A stretch of DNA of 64,000 bases from Gracilinanus agilis (Eukaryota): contig NC_058133.1 of the NCBI RefSeq assembly GCF_016433145.1, positions 358,659,760-358,723,759 of the forward strand, read 5' to 3'. Below are positions 48,575 through 60,943 of this stretch, in pieces; within the stretch, counting starts at the first letter, position 1, and each line of letters opens with the position of its first letter. The position numbers were made by a program, and so were the translations under genes. The notes under the pieces were generated by a model. That model saw nothing but the letters and a program-made list of their open reading frames with translations, had not been told where the DNA came from and made no database searches.

Positions 48575-48960
48575 CATTTTGATTTTGTTGTTTTTTAATT
48601 CAATTGTATTTTATTTTCGGGTTCTTGTCTCTCCTTTCTATCTCTCTCCCCACCTCTGTTGGGAAACCAACGAAGATAAAACCCATCCCAACATGTATAG
48701 TCAATTAAAACAAATTCCCACATTGACCATGTCCAAGAAAAATATGCCTCAGCCTTTTACTCTTGAGCTTAGCAGCTCTCTATCTAAAAGGTGGGGAGCA
48801 TGTTTCCTGAATCGTCTGGAGCTGTGGTTTATCATTGTGTTGATCCGAGTTCCCAGGTTTTTCAAAGTTGTCTCTATGATACTATTGGTGTTCTATAAAT
48901 TGTTCCCATGGTTCTTCTCACTTCACTTTGTTTTTTGTTCCTCCAAATTTTACCAGGTTT
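48575..48960 (-). mobile_element. Older marsupial L1 3' end
   Basis: catgtatagtcaattaaaacaaattcccacattgaccatgtcc...ggttcttctcacttcact. Confidence 0.75.
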
Positions 48961-50531
48961 CTCTCAAACTAGGGGGATTCCTCTGCATGTACAGGTTAGA
49001 CTAGATGGTCTCTGAGGTTCATTCCAGTCCTTGAGCTTCTGGTTCTGTGATGTTTCAGGTCTTGTTGCAATGAAGTCTCAAAGGCTTTGATGGATAGTAC
49101 CAACACAATTTTCTAATTTGGTAGGGGAGGGAAGTGGACAGTTTCCCAGACTTTCCTGACTTATATAAATAAATGTCTTGGCTCAGTACACAGTACTAAT
49201 ATATTATGTAACTATGAGAAAATTACTATTTCCCCAGGCCTTAGTTTCCCCATCTACAAAATGGAGGCAGTTGCCCAAGTGTTCTCTAAAAGCCCCTTCT
49301 TGTGCCAATATTTTATGACATCCTCTCAAAGCTCCATACTCGCCATTCAGATTGGTCATAGCTTTTCCCTTTCACCTCCAATTGACCTTAGGGCTGGACT
49401 TGCTTGATCAGACTCTGGCCAGGAACTGTAGCGCTTCATTTAAAAGTGGTTGTGAGTTGGTTATCATCCATCCATTTCCAGATTCCATAGGTAATTTTGC
49501 CAAGGAGGACAAGTCTTACCAAGGAATCATCTTTTTTTGCCCCAAAAGGGAAATGAACAGGAAATTGTTCGAAGATAAGACCAAGACACAAATTTCCCAG
49601 GTGGAAGAAGGTTAAAGTTAGAATAACTTTGCAGAAACTTTCTGTTCTACCCCCCCCCAAAAAAAACCCAAAATGAAACCTTTTCTGATACTGCTGCAAT
49701 TTCTTCAGCAAAAACAAAACCCAGAAACAAAAATACACTAGCAGAAACCAGGAAACCAGATATCCTACCTGCTAGCCAGCTCTATGGTTTCTGAACACAG
49801 TGTACTATTTAAGAGTTCTCTGAGCTGTCATTTGGTTTGTTTGAAAACATCTTCCACTATGGTTGTAAGCTAGAGTGTTTAAAAAAGCTTGTCCCGACCT
49901 TTTATGAGGGTTTAGTATTTCTAATAGTAGTCCTCTTCCAAACAGTTAAGGGAGCTTTTTGCAAGTTCAGGAAAATAATGCATCACTTACCCACATAAGT
50001 TTACATTTCTCATTTACCACCCCCTCTGCTTCAAGAAACTGATACTGTTGTCACAGAATTATGGAGTTGTGGAGTGCAGAGAGGCAGAGGGAGATAGGGG
50101 ATTCTTTTAGGATGTGGGTTGGACTCTGGCTTCTGCGATGTCCCTTTCATTGATCAAAATCTGTGATTCAGTAGTAGTTGGCTTTCTTGGCCAACCTACT
50201 GTTAAAACTATTCTAGAAGGCCAGCTTTGGAGTCAGGAATATTGGGTTCAAGACTTGTGTCTAGCTATGTGACCATGGGCAATGCCATAGACAACTCTCT
50301 AATGCCCTAAGTTAGAGGTGATTTAAATCTGCATCCAGGGAAGGAGTTTCCATATTGAGAATGATCTCTCATCGCCATCATCATTATCATCATTATCACA
50401 GTGATGGTGATGATGATTATTAGAATTTATATAGTGCTCTAAAGTTTGCAAAGATCTTTACATATGTTGTCTCAAGGTGGTTGATCCCCAAAGTATCTTT
50501 GTGAAATCAGTACTGTTATTACCCCCATTTA

Positions 50532-50717
50532 TTTTATTTTTAATGAGCCATTACCTTCCATCTTAAAATTGATATCGAGTATTGGTTCCAAGGCAGAAGA
50601 GCAGAAAGGGCTAGGCAATTGGGATTAAATGACTAGTTCAGGGTCACCCAGCTAGAAAGTATCTGAGGCTAGATTTGAACCAAGGACTTCTCTGTCCACT
50701 GAGCCACTAGCTGCCCC
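50532..50717 (-). mobile_element. SINE1_Mdo-type nested in an antisense MIR
   Basis: ttaccttccatcttaaaattg...ccaaggcagaagagcagaaagggctaggcaattggg...; TSD ccccattt at both ends. Confidence 0.85.
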
Positions 50718-51324
50718 ATCCCCATTTTATAGCTGAGGAAACTCAAGGACACACAGCTAGTAAATATCTAAGTCTTAGTCATTGTTATAATGAAAATCCC
50801 AAGTGCCTGTGACTTGGTCAGGTTCACAAGCCAGCTTGCTGTCCAGCTCTGGCTAGCCAGTAAAGAGTTAATGTTTGGCAGCATATGGCGTGACTTCCTC
50901 TGTAACTGGGAGCAGCAGCCAGATAGATCTTTGCGGTGGTGTGCCTGTGATGTTTCATGAGCAGAAGCATAAGAAACTGATAGGAATGTCTTAGTTTGCT
51001 TTCTGCCTTAACTCAAATGAAGAGTGGCCAAAATGTGTGGTACAGAAGAGGTTACTGGAAGTCACCTCACAAATGTCTTTCCAATCCACCCATTTCCTAT
51101 TCCACATTGACTAAAGAGGTATTGACAGGTAAACAGGTAAAGCTGAGAGAGTGGGATCATCTCTGAGGCCATACTATTTTTGGCATTGCCAAAAAGAGGA
51201 GTGGATTGTGAACCAGTTCTTCATTTAATTTAAGAGATTTTCTTTCAGGGGAACCTCCTGGGAAGGCAGTGGAAGGTAGAGTTAGAGGCAAAAGTCCTGA
51301 GTTTGGGAAGCTGCTTCTGTCTAG

Positions 51325-51690
51325 AGAAGATGCTTCATCTCTCTGCTCTGGGCATTTTCTCTGTGCCCCATGCCTGGAATAATCTCTCTCCCCCATGACT
51401 TTCCTGGCTTCCTTTAAGTCCCAACTAAAATTCGACCTTCTGCAGGAAGGCTTCCCTAACCCCTCCTAATCCCAGGACCTTTCCTCTGTTAATTATTTCT
51501 GCTTTATCCTGACTATAGCTTGCTTTGCTCCTACTGGTTTGTTTGCATGTTGTCTCTCCCATTAGATTGTTAATTCCTTGTGGGCAGAGACTATATCTTT
51601 TGCTTTTTTTTTTTTTTTTTTACATCCCCAGCTTGTAGCCCAGTGCTTGGCACATAGTAGGTGCTTAATAAATGTTTATGGACGGATAAA
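51325..51690 (+). mobile_element. L2 3' region
   Basis: catgcctggaataatctctc...cccagtgcttggcacatagtaggtgcttaataaatg. Confidence 0.85.
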
Positions 51691-51863
51691 TAAAATGACT
51701 TGTTGGTCATTAAACTAGCATTTAAAAAAATATCCTTACCTTTACGTTCCCAGTTCATAGCCCAGTGCTTACTTAACACATAACAGGTGATTAATAAATA
51801 TTTATTGATTGATAAATAAAATGACTTGTGTTGGTCATTAAACCAGCATTAAAAAAAAAAAAA
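51636..51863 (+). repeat. Local tandem duplication of about 100 bp (L2 terminus plus flank)
   Basis: tagcccagtgctt...gataaataaaatgacttg(tg)ttggtcattaaac(t/c)agcatt at 51636-51730 and 51758-51863. Confidence 0.85.
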
Positions 51864-52094
51864 TAAAACCAAAGTAAGTTATCAGTTCCAAGGCAGAAGA
51901 ATGGTAAGAGCTAGCTATAGCACTAACCCAAAGAAGGTGGTTGTGAGGATCAAATGAGATAATGGGCCTTTGCAAGGCCCTTAAATTCTCATTTAAAAGT
52001 TAGCTTGAGCTCATCTATATTCTATAAGCTCTCATATTGTATATATGTTATACATCTAACCCAAAGCAATGTTAACTCCTTGAGGGCAAGAACT

Positions 52095-52270
52095 TTTTTT
52101 TTTTTTAATCCCTTCACTTCTAGCTTAGTAATAACTCTGAGATAGAGAAGCAAAGGCTAGGAAGATGAGGTTAAGTGACTTGCCCAGGGTGACACAGCTA
52201 GGAAAGATTTTAACTTGGGTCCTTCTGACTCTGCGCCTGGCACTCTATCCACTGTGCTGTCTAGTTGCCC
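52095..52270 (-). mobile_element. SINE1_Mdo-type inserted in an L2 3' end
   Basis: T tail, aatcccttcacttc...gttaagtgacttgcccagggtgacacagctagg. Confidence 0.8.
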
Positions 52271-53243
52271 TTTTATTTATTCATTCATTTATTTGTTCGT
52301 TCATTTATTTTTTATATTTTAGTATTATAATAATAAAATATCATATTTTTTATATTTTAGAAGGCAAGGACTTCCTAATATTTTTGTATTTTGCTTCCCC
52401 AGTCCTTAACACAGCATCTGGCACACACTACAGAGGTCACTTAAGAAATCTTGTTTTGGGGACATTTACTACTTATAACTTGGGAGAATTCACTTAAATT
52501 GCTTGGGTCTCAGTTTCCTCCTTTGTAAAAGGAAAAGACTGGTTTAGATTGCCTGGGAGGACTCTTCCCACTCTAGAGTCTCAAATAAATAAATTTACCT
52601 ACTTTGTCCAACTGCAGGCTTTTCTAAATCTGGAGGTGCTATTGTTATTCAGAAAGTGGGAGAAGGGAGGCTCAGGAAACTCCAAGCCTTAGTGCTTCTT
52701 TTCTCCAGCCCTATCTCTGCCTATCTTTTTTTCCATCTGTTTTCTATGTTACAGATAAGTTTGTTCTTGCACTCACAAAGCCTGCTTTGTTTCAACACCC
52801 CAGCTTTGGAGGTGGGAGGACATGGAGAAAGTGTCCAAGCAGGCTGACTTTTGACTCTGTTGACAGGGGCAACATGGCCTATCCTTTTTTTTTTTCTTTT
52901 TTTTTTTTTTTTTAATGGGAGATTTTTAATGCTTTCACTGAAAGGTTTGGTTTACATTTAAATTGCATTGGCCTCCTCGCATAATGCCTGGGATCACCTT
53001 CTAGGGCTGAGGCACTTGGGTTTCTGGGTCTGCCACATGGGCCAGAAGAATATCCTCTTTCTTTGGATGGAAGTGTGGTGTTCTCACCTGTCTGCTTCCT
53101 CTAATTTCTCCACTCCCATTACCTGTTTTAAGAGCCCAAGTGTACATATATGTTTATGCAGGTCATTTATTTTTGAAAGCCTGCTTTTAAAATGTTATCT
53201 TTTGTTTTTACATATCCTACATTTTCTAATAAATTCCTCCCCC

Positions 53244-53499
53244 GAGAAACACAGAGAAAAACAACTGCTTGAACACATGGGCTGATGGGGATATTATCGG
53301 GGATGTAGACACTAAATGATAACTCTCTAGTCCAACTATCAATAATATGGAATTAGGTCTTGATCAATGATACATGTAAAACCCAGTGGAATTGTGCGTT
53401 GGCTAAGGGGGGCTAGGGGGGGTTGGGGGAAGAAGGAAAGAACATGAAACATGTAACGAGGGGAAAATATTAAAAACAAAAATTTAAAACAAATAAATA
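53244..53499 (+). mobile_element. 5'-truncated L1 3' UTR
   Basis: 16-bp TSD aataaattcctccccc 53228-53243 / aataaattcttccccc 53500-53515. Confidence 0.9.
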
Positions 53500-53624
53500 A
53501 ATAAATTCTTCCCCCATTCTCTTGTGACCAAAAATCTTAAAAAGAAAGGAAAGAGGGAAGTGGGGAAGAAAAGCTAAAATGCATATCCAATGAATGTGAC
53601 AATATATGTAATGAAGAGTTTTAT

Positions 53625-54118
53625 ATATAATGTATAGTTTTGTGCACAATGTAGATTATGATATAATGTATAATACATATAAATGTATAGATTTCTATAT
53701 AGTGTATGGTTATATTATATAGAAAACATACATAATATAATATAGTTACATTATATATTCAAAATGTATAGTTACATTATAATGTAATATATAGTTATAT
53801 GTATAGTTACATATAGTTATGTTATAATGTGGTTACATTATATAATGTATAGTTACATTATAATACAATATATAGTTATATGTATAGTTACATTATATAT
53901 AAACTATATAGTTATAATGTGGTTATATTATATATATAATATATTGTTACATTGTAATATAATGTACAATTACATTATGTTATAATGTAGTTACATTACA
54001 TATGTTATATTGCATATAAATGTATATTCTATATCTAATGTGTGTATATATTGTTAGTATATATACATATATACAATATAATATATTTATAAATGTGTAA
54101 TATATAAAACTTATATAA
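53625..54118. repeat. AT-rich degenerate minisatellite (atatagttacattat-type unit)
   Basis: Many copies of tagttacatt/atagttata. Confidence 0.85.
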
Positions 54119-56058
54119 AATAATCCCTCATCTCTGCAAAAAAGGAAGGGAAGAATCATTTATTTGGCACCCACTGTGTGCCAGGAACTGGACTAAATAT
54201 TTTACAAATAGTACTCGTTTGATCCTCAGAGGTGTAGGTACTGTTGATATCCTCTTTTTTTACAGTTGAGGAAAACGAGGTTCAGTGTCGCATGTCTGAG
54301 GCCAGATTTGAACTCAAGAAGAGTCGTCTTCCCAATTCCAAGCCCAGTGCTCTAACCATTGTGCCACCTAGTTGCCTCTATACTGTGCTTTAGAAAGATG
54401 CAGAACAAAGTAGTATTTAAGATTGGGAGGAGGGAGTCATTAGCAATTAGGGAGCAGAGAATCTAGGAAGGCTTCCTGCAGAAGGTGGCATTTGAGTTGC
54501 GCTTTAAAGAATTGGGCAAGAATTCCAACCTTTAGAGGTACAGTGGGCACAGAGGACATTTCAAGCACAGGGTAAAGAGACTGGCAAGTGGAGAGACCTG
54601 ATGATAATCCACTTAGTCTAAAATACAGACTATCTCTAGGCCTCTAGAGGAATGAATGCTTTTCTCCCAGCATTGCGTGAACCACTCATATGAATTTACT
54701 GAGAGAAAAATGAACCTAACCTGTCTCCAAACTTGACAGGCTTGTTTGTTTGTTTATTTAAGGCCACGAAAATGTGGTTTGTCTGTTAAGCATGTAGCAT
54801 ATATTAGCCCTATTAGACACAGTTTTGATGAGGGAAGGGAGGGAAGAGCCACCTGGAATTTGTTTGTTTAATTGTGGAACAATGGTAGATAATATTCCAC
54901 CTGTGTACCACAAACAAGGCACAATTCTTTCTGACTCAGGGCTTTTGCAATTTTAAAAAGAGACACCTGAATTTCCTCCAGTCATCATTTGAGTAATTGC
55001 TCTTGCCGGCCTGTCTTTGTCAGTCAGACAATTAGGATTTATTAGACACCTACTGGGTGGATAGTGGGGTGCATGCAAAGCATTACTACTCTACTCCCCA
55101 GCAGTTGACTGATGCCATGTAAGTTTATTCCAGATAAATTTCCACTGCTGGTTAACAGTTGGACCTTTTGGCCTCCATTCTTTAGGACTTAACATTTAGA
55201 AACTAGAAATGGAATCTAGTATCATCCTTTAAAAAAGAGGGGAGGGGAAAGGTTCTAGACTTAAGTCTGTAGAGACTTGGGTTCCCTCCTGAGCTTCAAT
55301 TTCCTCCTCTATAAAATGAGGATAATAATAGTATCTACCTGCCTTCCCCCAGGGTTGCAGTGAGGTTCCCAATGAGAGTACAGCATGTCACTTTACAAAC
55401 CTGTGACTGTCAGCCTTTATTAAATCCTATTCTTAGCTAACTGCAGGAGGGTACACCATCAAGAACCTCATTTCCTGAGTGACCATCTGCCTGTTTGTGT
55501 TCACAGTCATAGAGCTGTTTTTGTTGTTATTTTAGAAAAAAAAAAGTTACAGGGAATTTTGACAGGAATGTCCCACTTGGGCAGCATTGCTGTTTTAACA
55601 AACCCTGTGTCTCTGATTAAAACTAAATACCAGCCCTGCATAAGCATATGTTTCACTACCTTATCTGAAGTCACGGGGGTGTGATTAATGGCTTTAAGAG
55701 TTTTAATTTGGCTTGTCTTACTCTTAAGTCTCATTTAAGCTTGGTTGCAAAGCCTGACAAATGACTGTCCCATGGCACCACCCCCCTGGGGTTTGTGCAT
55801 CATCCAGGAGAAAGACATAATGTGGACTGGGATGGAATTTGAGCAAGGGAGGGAAGGCTGGGCTGGGCCAGCAATCTCCAAAAAGTTGCTCTCAGGAGTT
55901 AAATAACACTAATCGGCAAAATTCGGAGACCTTGACTGCTGTGCCTTGCCATTTTCAAGACCAGAAAACTGACCTGTTTTGCCTGTTTGCATTTTGTAAT
56001 CCTAAAGAATACAGGTCATTAACAAACTTGTACTGGAGTCTCTTTTTCTACATTTCTT

Positions 56059-56090
56059 CCCCCCCCCCCCCCCCCCTTCTTCCCCCCCCC
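56059..56090 (+). repeat. Poly-C tract (C18-TTCTT-C9), G-quadruplex-prone on the minus strand
   Basis: Direct reading. Confidence 0.9.
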
Positions 56091-56424
56091 TGCAAAGCCT
56101 CCTCTTATGCAAACACGAAATATACATGCAATCTTTAGTTTCTTGGTGGTTCAACTTCTTTATAAAACAAACACCAGGGAAGAAAAATAAGCGTTTATAT
56201 GGTGCTTACTCCATACTAAGAGCTTTTTACAAATATCTCCTTTCCTCCTCACAATAATCCTTAGGTTAGTGCTATTTATTATTCCATTTCAAAGTTGAAA
56301 CCAGAGATTGTTACTTGACTAGGGTCACAGAGCTAAAAAGTGTCTAACGTTTGTTTTGAATTCAGGACTTGATTGTGAGGGGGACAAGGAAGGGAGAGGG
56401 AGAGGGGGAGGGATAGAGGGTGGG

Positions 56425-56456
<32 letters not shown>

Positions 56457-56464
56457 TTCAAGTT

Positions 56465-56674
56465 GTTTTGTTTTGTTTTTTAACCCTTACCTTCTATCTT
56501 ACAGTCAATACTATGAATTAGTTCCAAGGCAGAAGAGTAAGGGCTAAGCAGTGGGGGTTAAGTGACTTGCCCAGGGTTACACAGCTAGGAAGTGTCTGAG
56601 GCCAGATTTGAACTTGGAATCTCTCACCTCTAGGCCTGACTCTCAATCCACTGAGCCACCCAGCCTGCCCCCCA
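56465..56674 (-). mobile_element. SINE1_Mdo, preceded by (GA)14 at 56425-56452
   Basis: Near-consensus element; TSD tttcaagtt 56456-56464 / 56675-56683. Confidence 0.9.
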
Positions 56675-57059
56675 TTTCAAGTTTTGAAAGAGATTTTTAA
56701 AAAAAGGTGAAGCAGGGAGTTCTTAGGAAATCATCTGATATAAAAGTTCCTTTCCCCTCCCCCAAATCAAACCCTTTATCTGTTCCCCTTTATCTCTCTG
56801 GTGCTGCTAAAAACCATTTGTGTTCTAAGCCACACTTCTGAGACTGATTATGGGAACACTAAGTAATTATTTATCTTGGAAAGAACTAATAGTTTGTTTT
56901 TAGTAATAACAATTCAGTTTTACTTCTCATTCCCCCTGATCCTGAAGCAGCTGCTGTTGGCAGTTTACTAAAAGTTTGGGTGCTGTTTTTAATCTGGGTT
57001 TGGAGACAGGACAAATAAGAATTAATGCCCCCCCAAAAAAGCTTTTTGACATAAGTTGC

Positions 57060-57570
57060 CTTATATAGGATAGGGACTCGATCCTGATGACTCTCGTAAG
57101 AAATGCTTCCTTACTGCCACCAGCAGCCCATGGTGTGGTCACCGAAGGACCCAGCCAGGACAACTTTGAGCCAGCCAGATTGAATTTATTTTGCTGAAGT
57201 CGTAGGATGTCCTTATACGAATTCGTTTTAATGGAGAATCTCTGCCCTTATGCAATTGGAGTTTATGAAACAGGATTGGAAAAATACAGCCTGTAATTGG
57301 GCACATCCTGTACTACTTAGTGAATCACCAAAGCAGGGTAATGGCCACTTGGCGTTCTAGAAGCAAGGTCTGAGCATCCTTGCTCTGCCTGAAAAGCTGG
57401 GAGTTGCCTCTGCAGCTCATTCAAATCATAGCCTCGCTGGCGATGCAGGGAGTCCCCCGTTCCTCGTGGGTTGCCTTGCAGGGTGACTCCTTGTGTGGTG
57501 CAAGCAGTAAAACCAGATTGGTACCTTTCTGGATCATATTTGAAATACCCATTTGAGCTGTAAAATTGGT
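57060..57570. other. CpG-enriched unique element (candidate conserved exon or enhancer)
   Basis: 11 CpGs in about 400 bp; plus-strand NAGNAG acceptor cttccttactgccaccag|cag at 57123/57126; 85-aa minus-strand ORF 57317-57574. Confidence 0.35.
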
Positions 57571-57734
57571 ACAAATCACATTCTTCTAAAATCTGTCAGC
57601 ATTAGGAAAGTGTGGAAATAAAGCTAAAACACATGTTCTATGCACAGCCTTCTACTATTATCTGTTCTTTTAAGAGTCTCTGTCTTACTTCCTTATAGGT
57701 ACAAACTCCTCGAGAATGGGGATAATATCTTTTA

Positions 57735-57925
57735 AAAAAATCTTTTTAATCCTTACCTTCTATCTTAGAATCAATATTGAGTATTGATTCCATGGCAGAA
57801 GAGTGGTCAGGGTTAGACAATTGGGGTTAAGTGACTTGCCCAGGGTCACACAGCTAAGAAGTGTCTGAGGCTGGATTTGAACCCCACACCTGGCTCTCTA
57901 TCCACTGTGCCACCTAGCTGCCCTG
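57735..57925 (-). mobile_element. SINE1_Mdo-type in an L2 3' end, followed by (AAC)9 at 57937-57963
   Basis: aatccttaccttctatcttagaatcaatattg...gttaagtgacttgcccagggtcacacagct. Confidence 0.85.
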
Positions 57926-58944
57926 AACATCTTTTGAACAACAACAACAACAACAACAACAACAAAAACCCCCAAAGGTCAAGTCAATCCTTGTTGGCTA
58001 CTTGGTATAACGTTAATCCCATCCTTTACAGGGTCTCCAAAACTCTCTGTGTCTTATTTATCTAGCATCTAGGTAGGAGCACTTAATAAATGTTTGCTGA
58101 ATGAACGAATGAAGTCACAGAATGACTGGATGGCATGATGCGAGTTTTCCCTCTCACTAGGGAGCACCACAGAATTGTGTGAGTCCTATTTGGAATCTTT
58201 AAAGGATGCCCTGGAGTGTATCACCTGCCCTTCTCAGTGCCTGGCCACACAGTGGACACTCCATACATTTTTGTTGAGTGATTTTTAAAAAATTCTACCA
58301 AGAGACTTAAAATGGGTGTTCATTTCCCTTAGCTAGATCAGTGGAGTTTTATTGCTTTTGTTTCAAGTGGCTACCTGGTTGGCCAACGAGGCCAAGGCCA
58401 TTGGTTCAGTCTCCATATGGTCTAGTTTAGCTTCCCACAGAGAAAAAGCTCTGTTCCTTGGACAAAGGCAGAAACTTGAATCTTCGCCAGTCTTCTTGTC
58501 GATGCACACTGCTGGTCACAAGAGGAACTGGGCAAGAGATTGGGGTTGGCTCGATTCATCCGATCACTGTGACTAGAAGAAAAATAGCTCTGAGTGCATG
58601 TCCTGCTGACAGTGGGTCAGCAGTATCATCTTCACATAGGAAGAGTACAGAACATTAGGCTATCAGCAGAGTCAAACTGGAGAATGTGTATTGGCCCTGT
58701 CAAGAATAATAAGAATAAGAATACTAAATAATAATAAGATATGTCTATGTGGGGGTGTTTGCACAGTGCTTTACAAATATCTCATTTTTATAACAGTTTT
58801 GGAAAGTAGGTGCTTTTATTATTATCATCCCCATTTAACAGATGGGAAATAGAGGCAGACAGAGTTAGTTAAGCAGCTTGCCTAAGGTCACCCAGGTAGT
58901 TCGTGTTTGAGCAGAGCTTTGAACTCAGGTCTTTCAGACTCTTG

Positions 58945-59145
58945 TCTTCTAGATGGTACAGTGGTTAGAACACCAGGGCTAGAGTCAGAAAGAATCTTCC
59001 TGAGTTCTAATCTGCCCTCACACTAATACTAATTATGGGACCTTGGGCAAGTCACTTAACCCCCATTGCCTAGTCCTTAACACTCATCTGCCTTGGAACC
59101 AATATACAGGATTGATTCCAAGACAGAGGGTAAGGGTTTAAAAAA
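58945..59145 (+). mobile_element. SINE1_Mdo-type CORE-SINE
   Basis: gggcaagtcacttaacccccattgcctagtcc...gagggtaagggtttaaaaaag. Confidence 0.75.
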
Positions 59146-59747
59146 GAAATAAAATATTTTTCTTTTTTTCCCATTAACTCTCTCTATGGTGTCACAAACT
59201 AATTCCCACCAAAGTGTTAGCTGATATTTTAGAATCCAAAGCTTAGTATATGGATAGAAGTACAGAATTTTAGAGGGGACTTTAAAGGTCATCTCTTCCA
59301 GCTGTCATTTACATACAGATCAGCAAACTGAGGCTCAGTAAGATGAAATGATTTGCTCAAGGATGAACAGATTTCGTGTGTTATCTTTCTCAAGGCAAGA
59401 CACCACCTTCTATCCAAATGAATATTTTCCTATGGGATTTGGAACAATAGGTCAGGTGGAGGGGAGAGAGGCTATTTTGATGGTGGGAAACCTTTCAGCA
59501 TCTTCTCAGTCCAGGAGTCTCCCTGCCCACCAAATGGCAGAGTGAGGACTGAGCTGTAGTTCTGTTGAGTCCAATTCCTAATACGTTTCCCAGTTTAGAA
59601 AGAAAAAGACAGAAAGTTAACAATCTTCAGGCAGAAAATTAAGAGGATGAGGTAGAAGCAAGGGAGAGGCACCGTTCTTCTCAAGAATAACCAGTTTATT
59701 CTGTTTTGAATTCTGTTCTAGGCAGAGAAGTCAGAGTGAAGCAACAT

Positions 59748-59768
59748 GGGAGTGGGAGTGGGAGAGGG
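59748..59768 (+). other. Canonical G-quadruplex motif
   Basis: GGG AGT GGG AGT GGG AGA GGG. Confidence 0.6.
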
Positions 59769-60752
59769 AGGAATTCTTGGGTAACTTCCTAGCAATAAAG
59801 AAAGAAATCGGTGGTAACCAGCAGACTGACCTTATCATTAGGCTGTAATAGAGCTGTTGGTTCCCCTTGATATTTTTCTAGTATTTCTCCTTTATGCCCC
59901 CTCATCTCCCTTCAGTGGCCCCCTTCTTTAGCACACCTCACTGAAGACCCCCCCCCAAAAAAAACAAATAAACCCTCAAACAAATCCAGTTGCTTTCTTA
60001 GGGAAGGAACCCTGGGCCATGAGTCATCAACTGTATTTCACATGGGATGCCTTCCTCTTCCCTCATCCCATGATAATTAACAAAATTAAGGGTCGGTGTT
60101 TCTCATGTGGGGCTTTCTCCAAATCAATTTCTTTTACTCTTACTCTAAACAAATGTGGTAGCAGCAGTAGCAGGCACAGAGAGAATGACTCATGACCCTG
60201 ATGTCTGAGAGCCCTGCAGTCTCAGATGCTGGATCCCTCGTTCATACATTCTTTCAGAAATTCCCCTCCCTGGTTTCCCAGAAACCTACAAAATGGACCT
60301 TGAACAGAGCGTTGGGAAGGCTCCTCTTCCTGGAGGAGAGTGGGAGGGTTGTAGAATAAATGGAGTGTGGCCCCAAGAGGAGGGGGGTGTAGCCGGAGAT
60401 ACCTGGGATCCTCAACCACCAAGCCCAAGAAGTTTTAAGTGCGGCTGCCACGTTTGTGACTAGTGGCTTGCCTCTGCATTTCAAAGACTTCCTTTAGTGG
60501 GTTCTCAGGAGGCTTCACACCCTTGGAAATGCATTGGATTTGTTTTGCATGTCCCTGGGATTGCTCTTTACTTCCCCCCTCCCATCATCCCTCCCAGACC
60601 AAACTCACATTAGTGGCTCTCTGGTGACAAATGGTTAGCAATGCCATTGATAGACTAAGCTTTTCCCTTTTTAATTAGTGTGGTGATGGAGATACAACCT
60701 TTGTACTCTGAAGAGCTTCCTACTGCTTGTAGCTTAAGAATGGCCAAGGGAA

Positions 60753-60943
60753 GGGCAGCAAAGTGGCTCAAAGACAGGAAGGCTTGGGTTCAAATCTAGC
60801 CTTAGACACTTCCTAGCTGAATCAAGGCTTGTCCTAGCTTGGACAAGGCATGTAACCCCTAGCCCTTACTGCTCTTCTGCCTTGGATCCAAAGCAGGGTA
60901 TTAATTCTAGGACAGAAGGTAAGGGTTTAAAAAAAAAAAAAAA
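60753..60943 (+). mobile_element. SINE1_Mdo-type with poly-A tail
   Basis: gggcagcaaagtggctc...cccttactgctcttctgccttgg...ggtaagggttt followed by A15. Confidence 0.85.

Noticed and set aside
50386-50414. (CAT)n/(ATG)n quasi-hairpin, 12/14 matched; similar (GGT)n...(ACC) tract at 41447-41530
   Set aside because: Simple-repeat junctions at MIR tails explain these; not specific structures.
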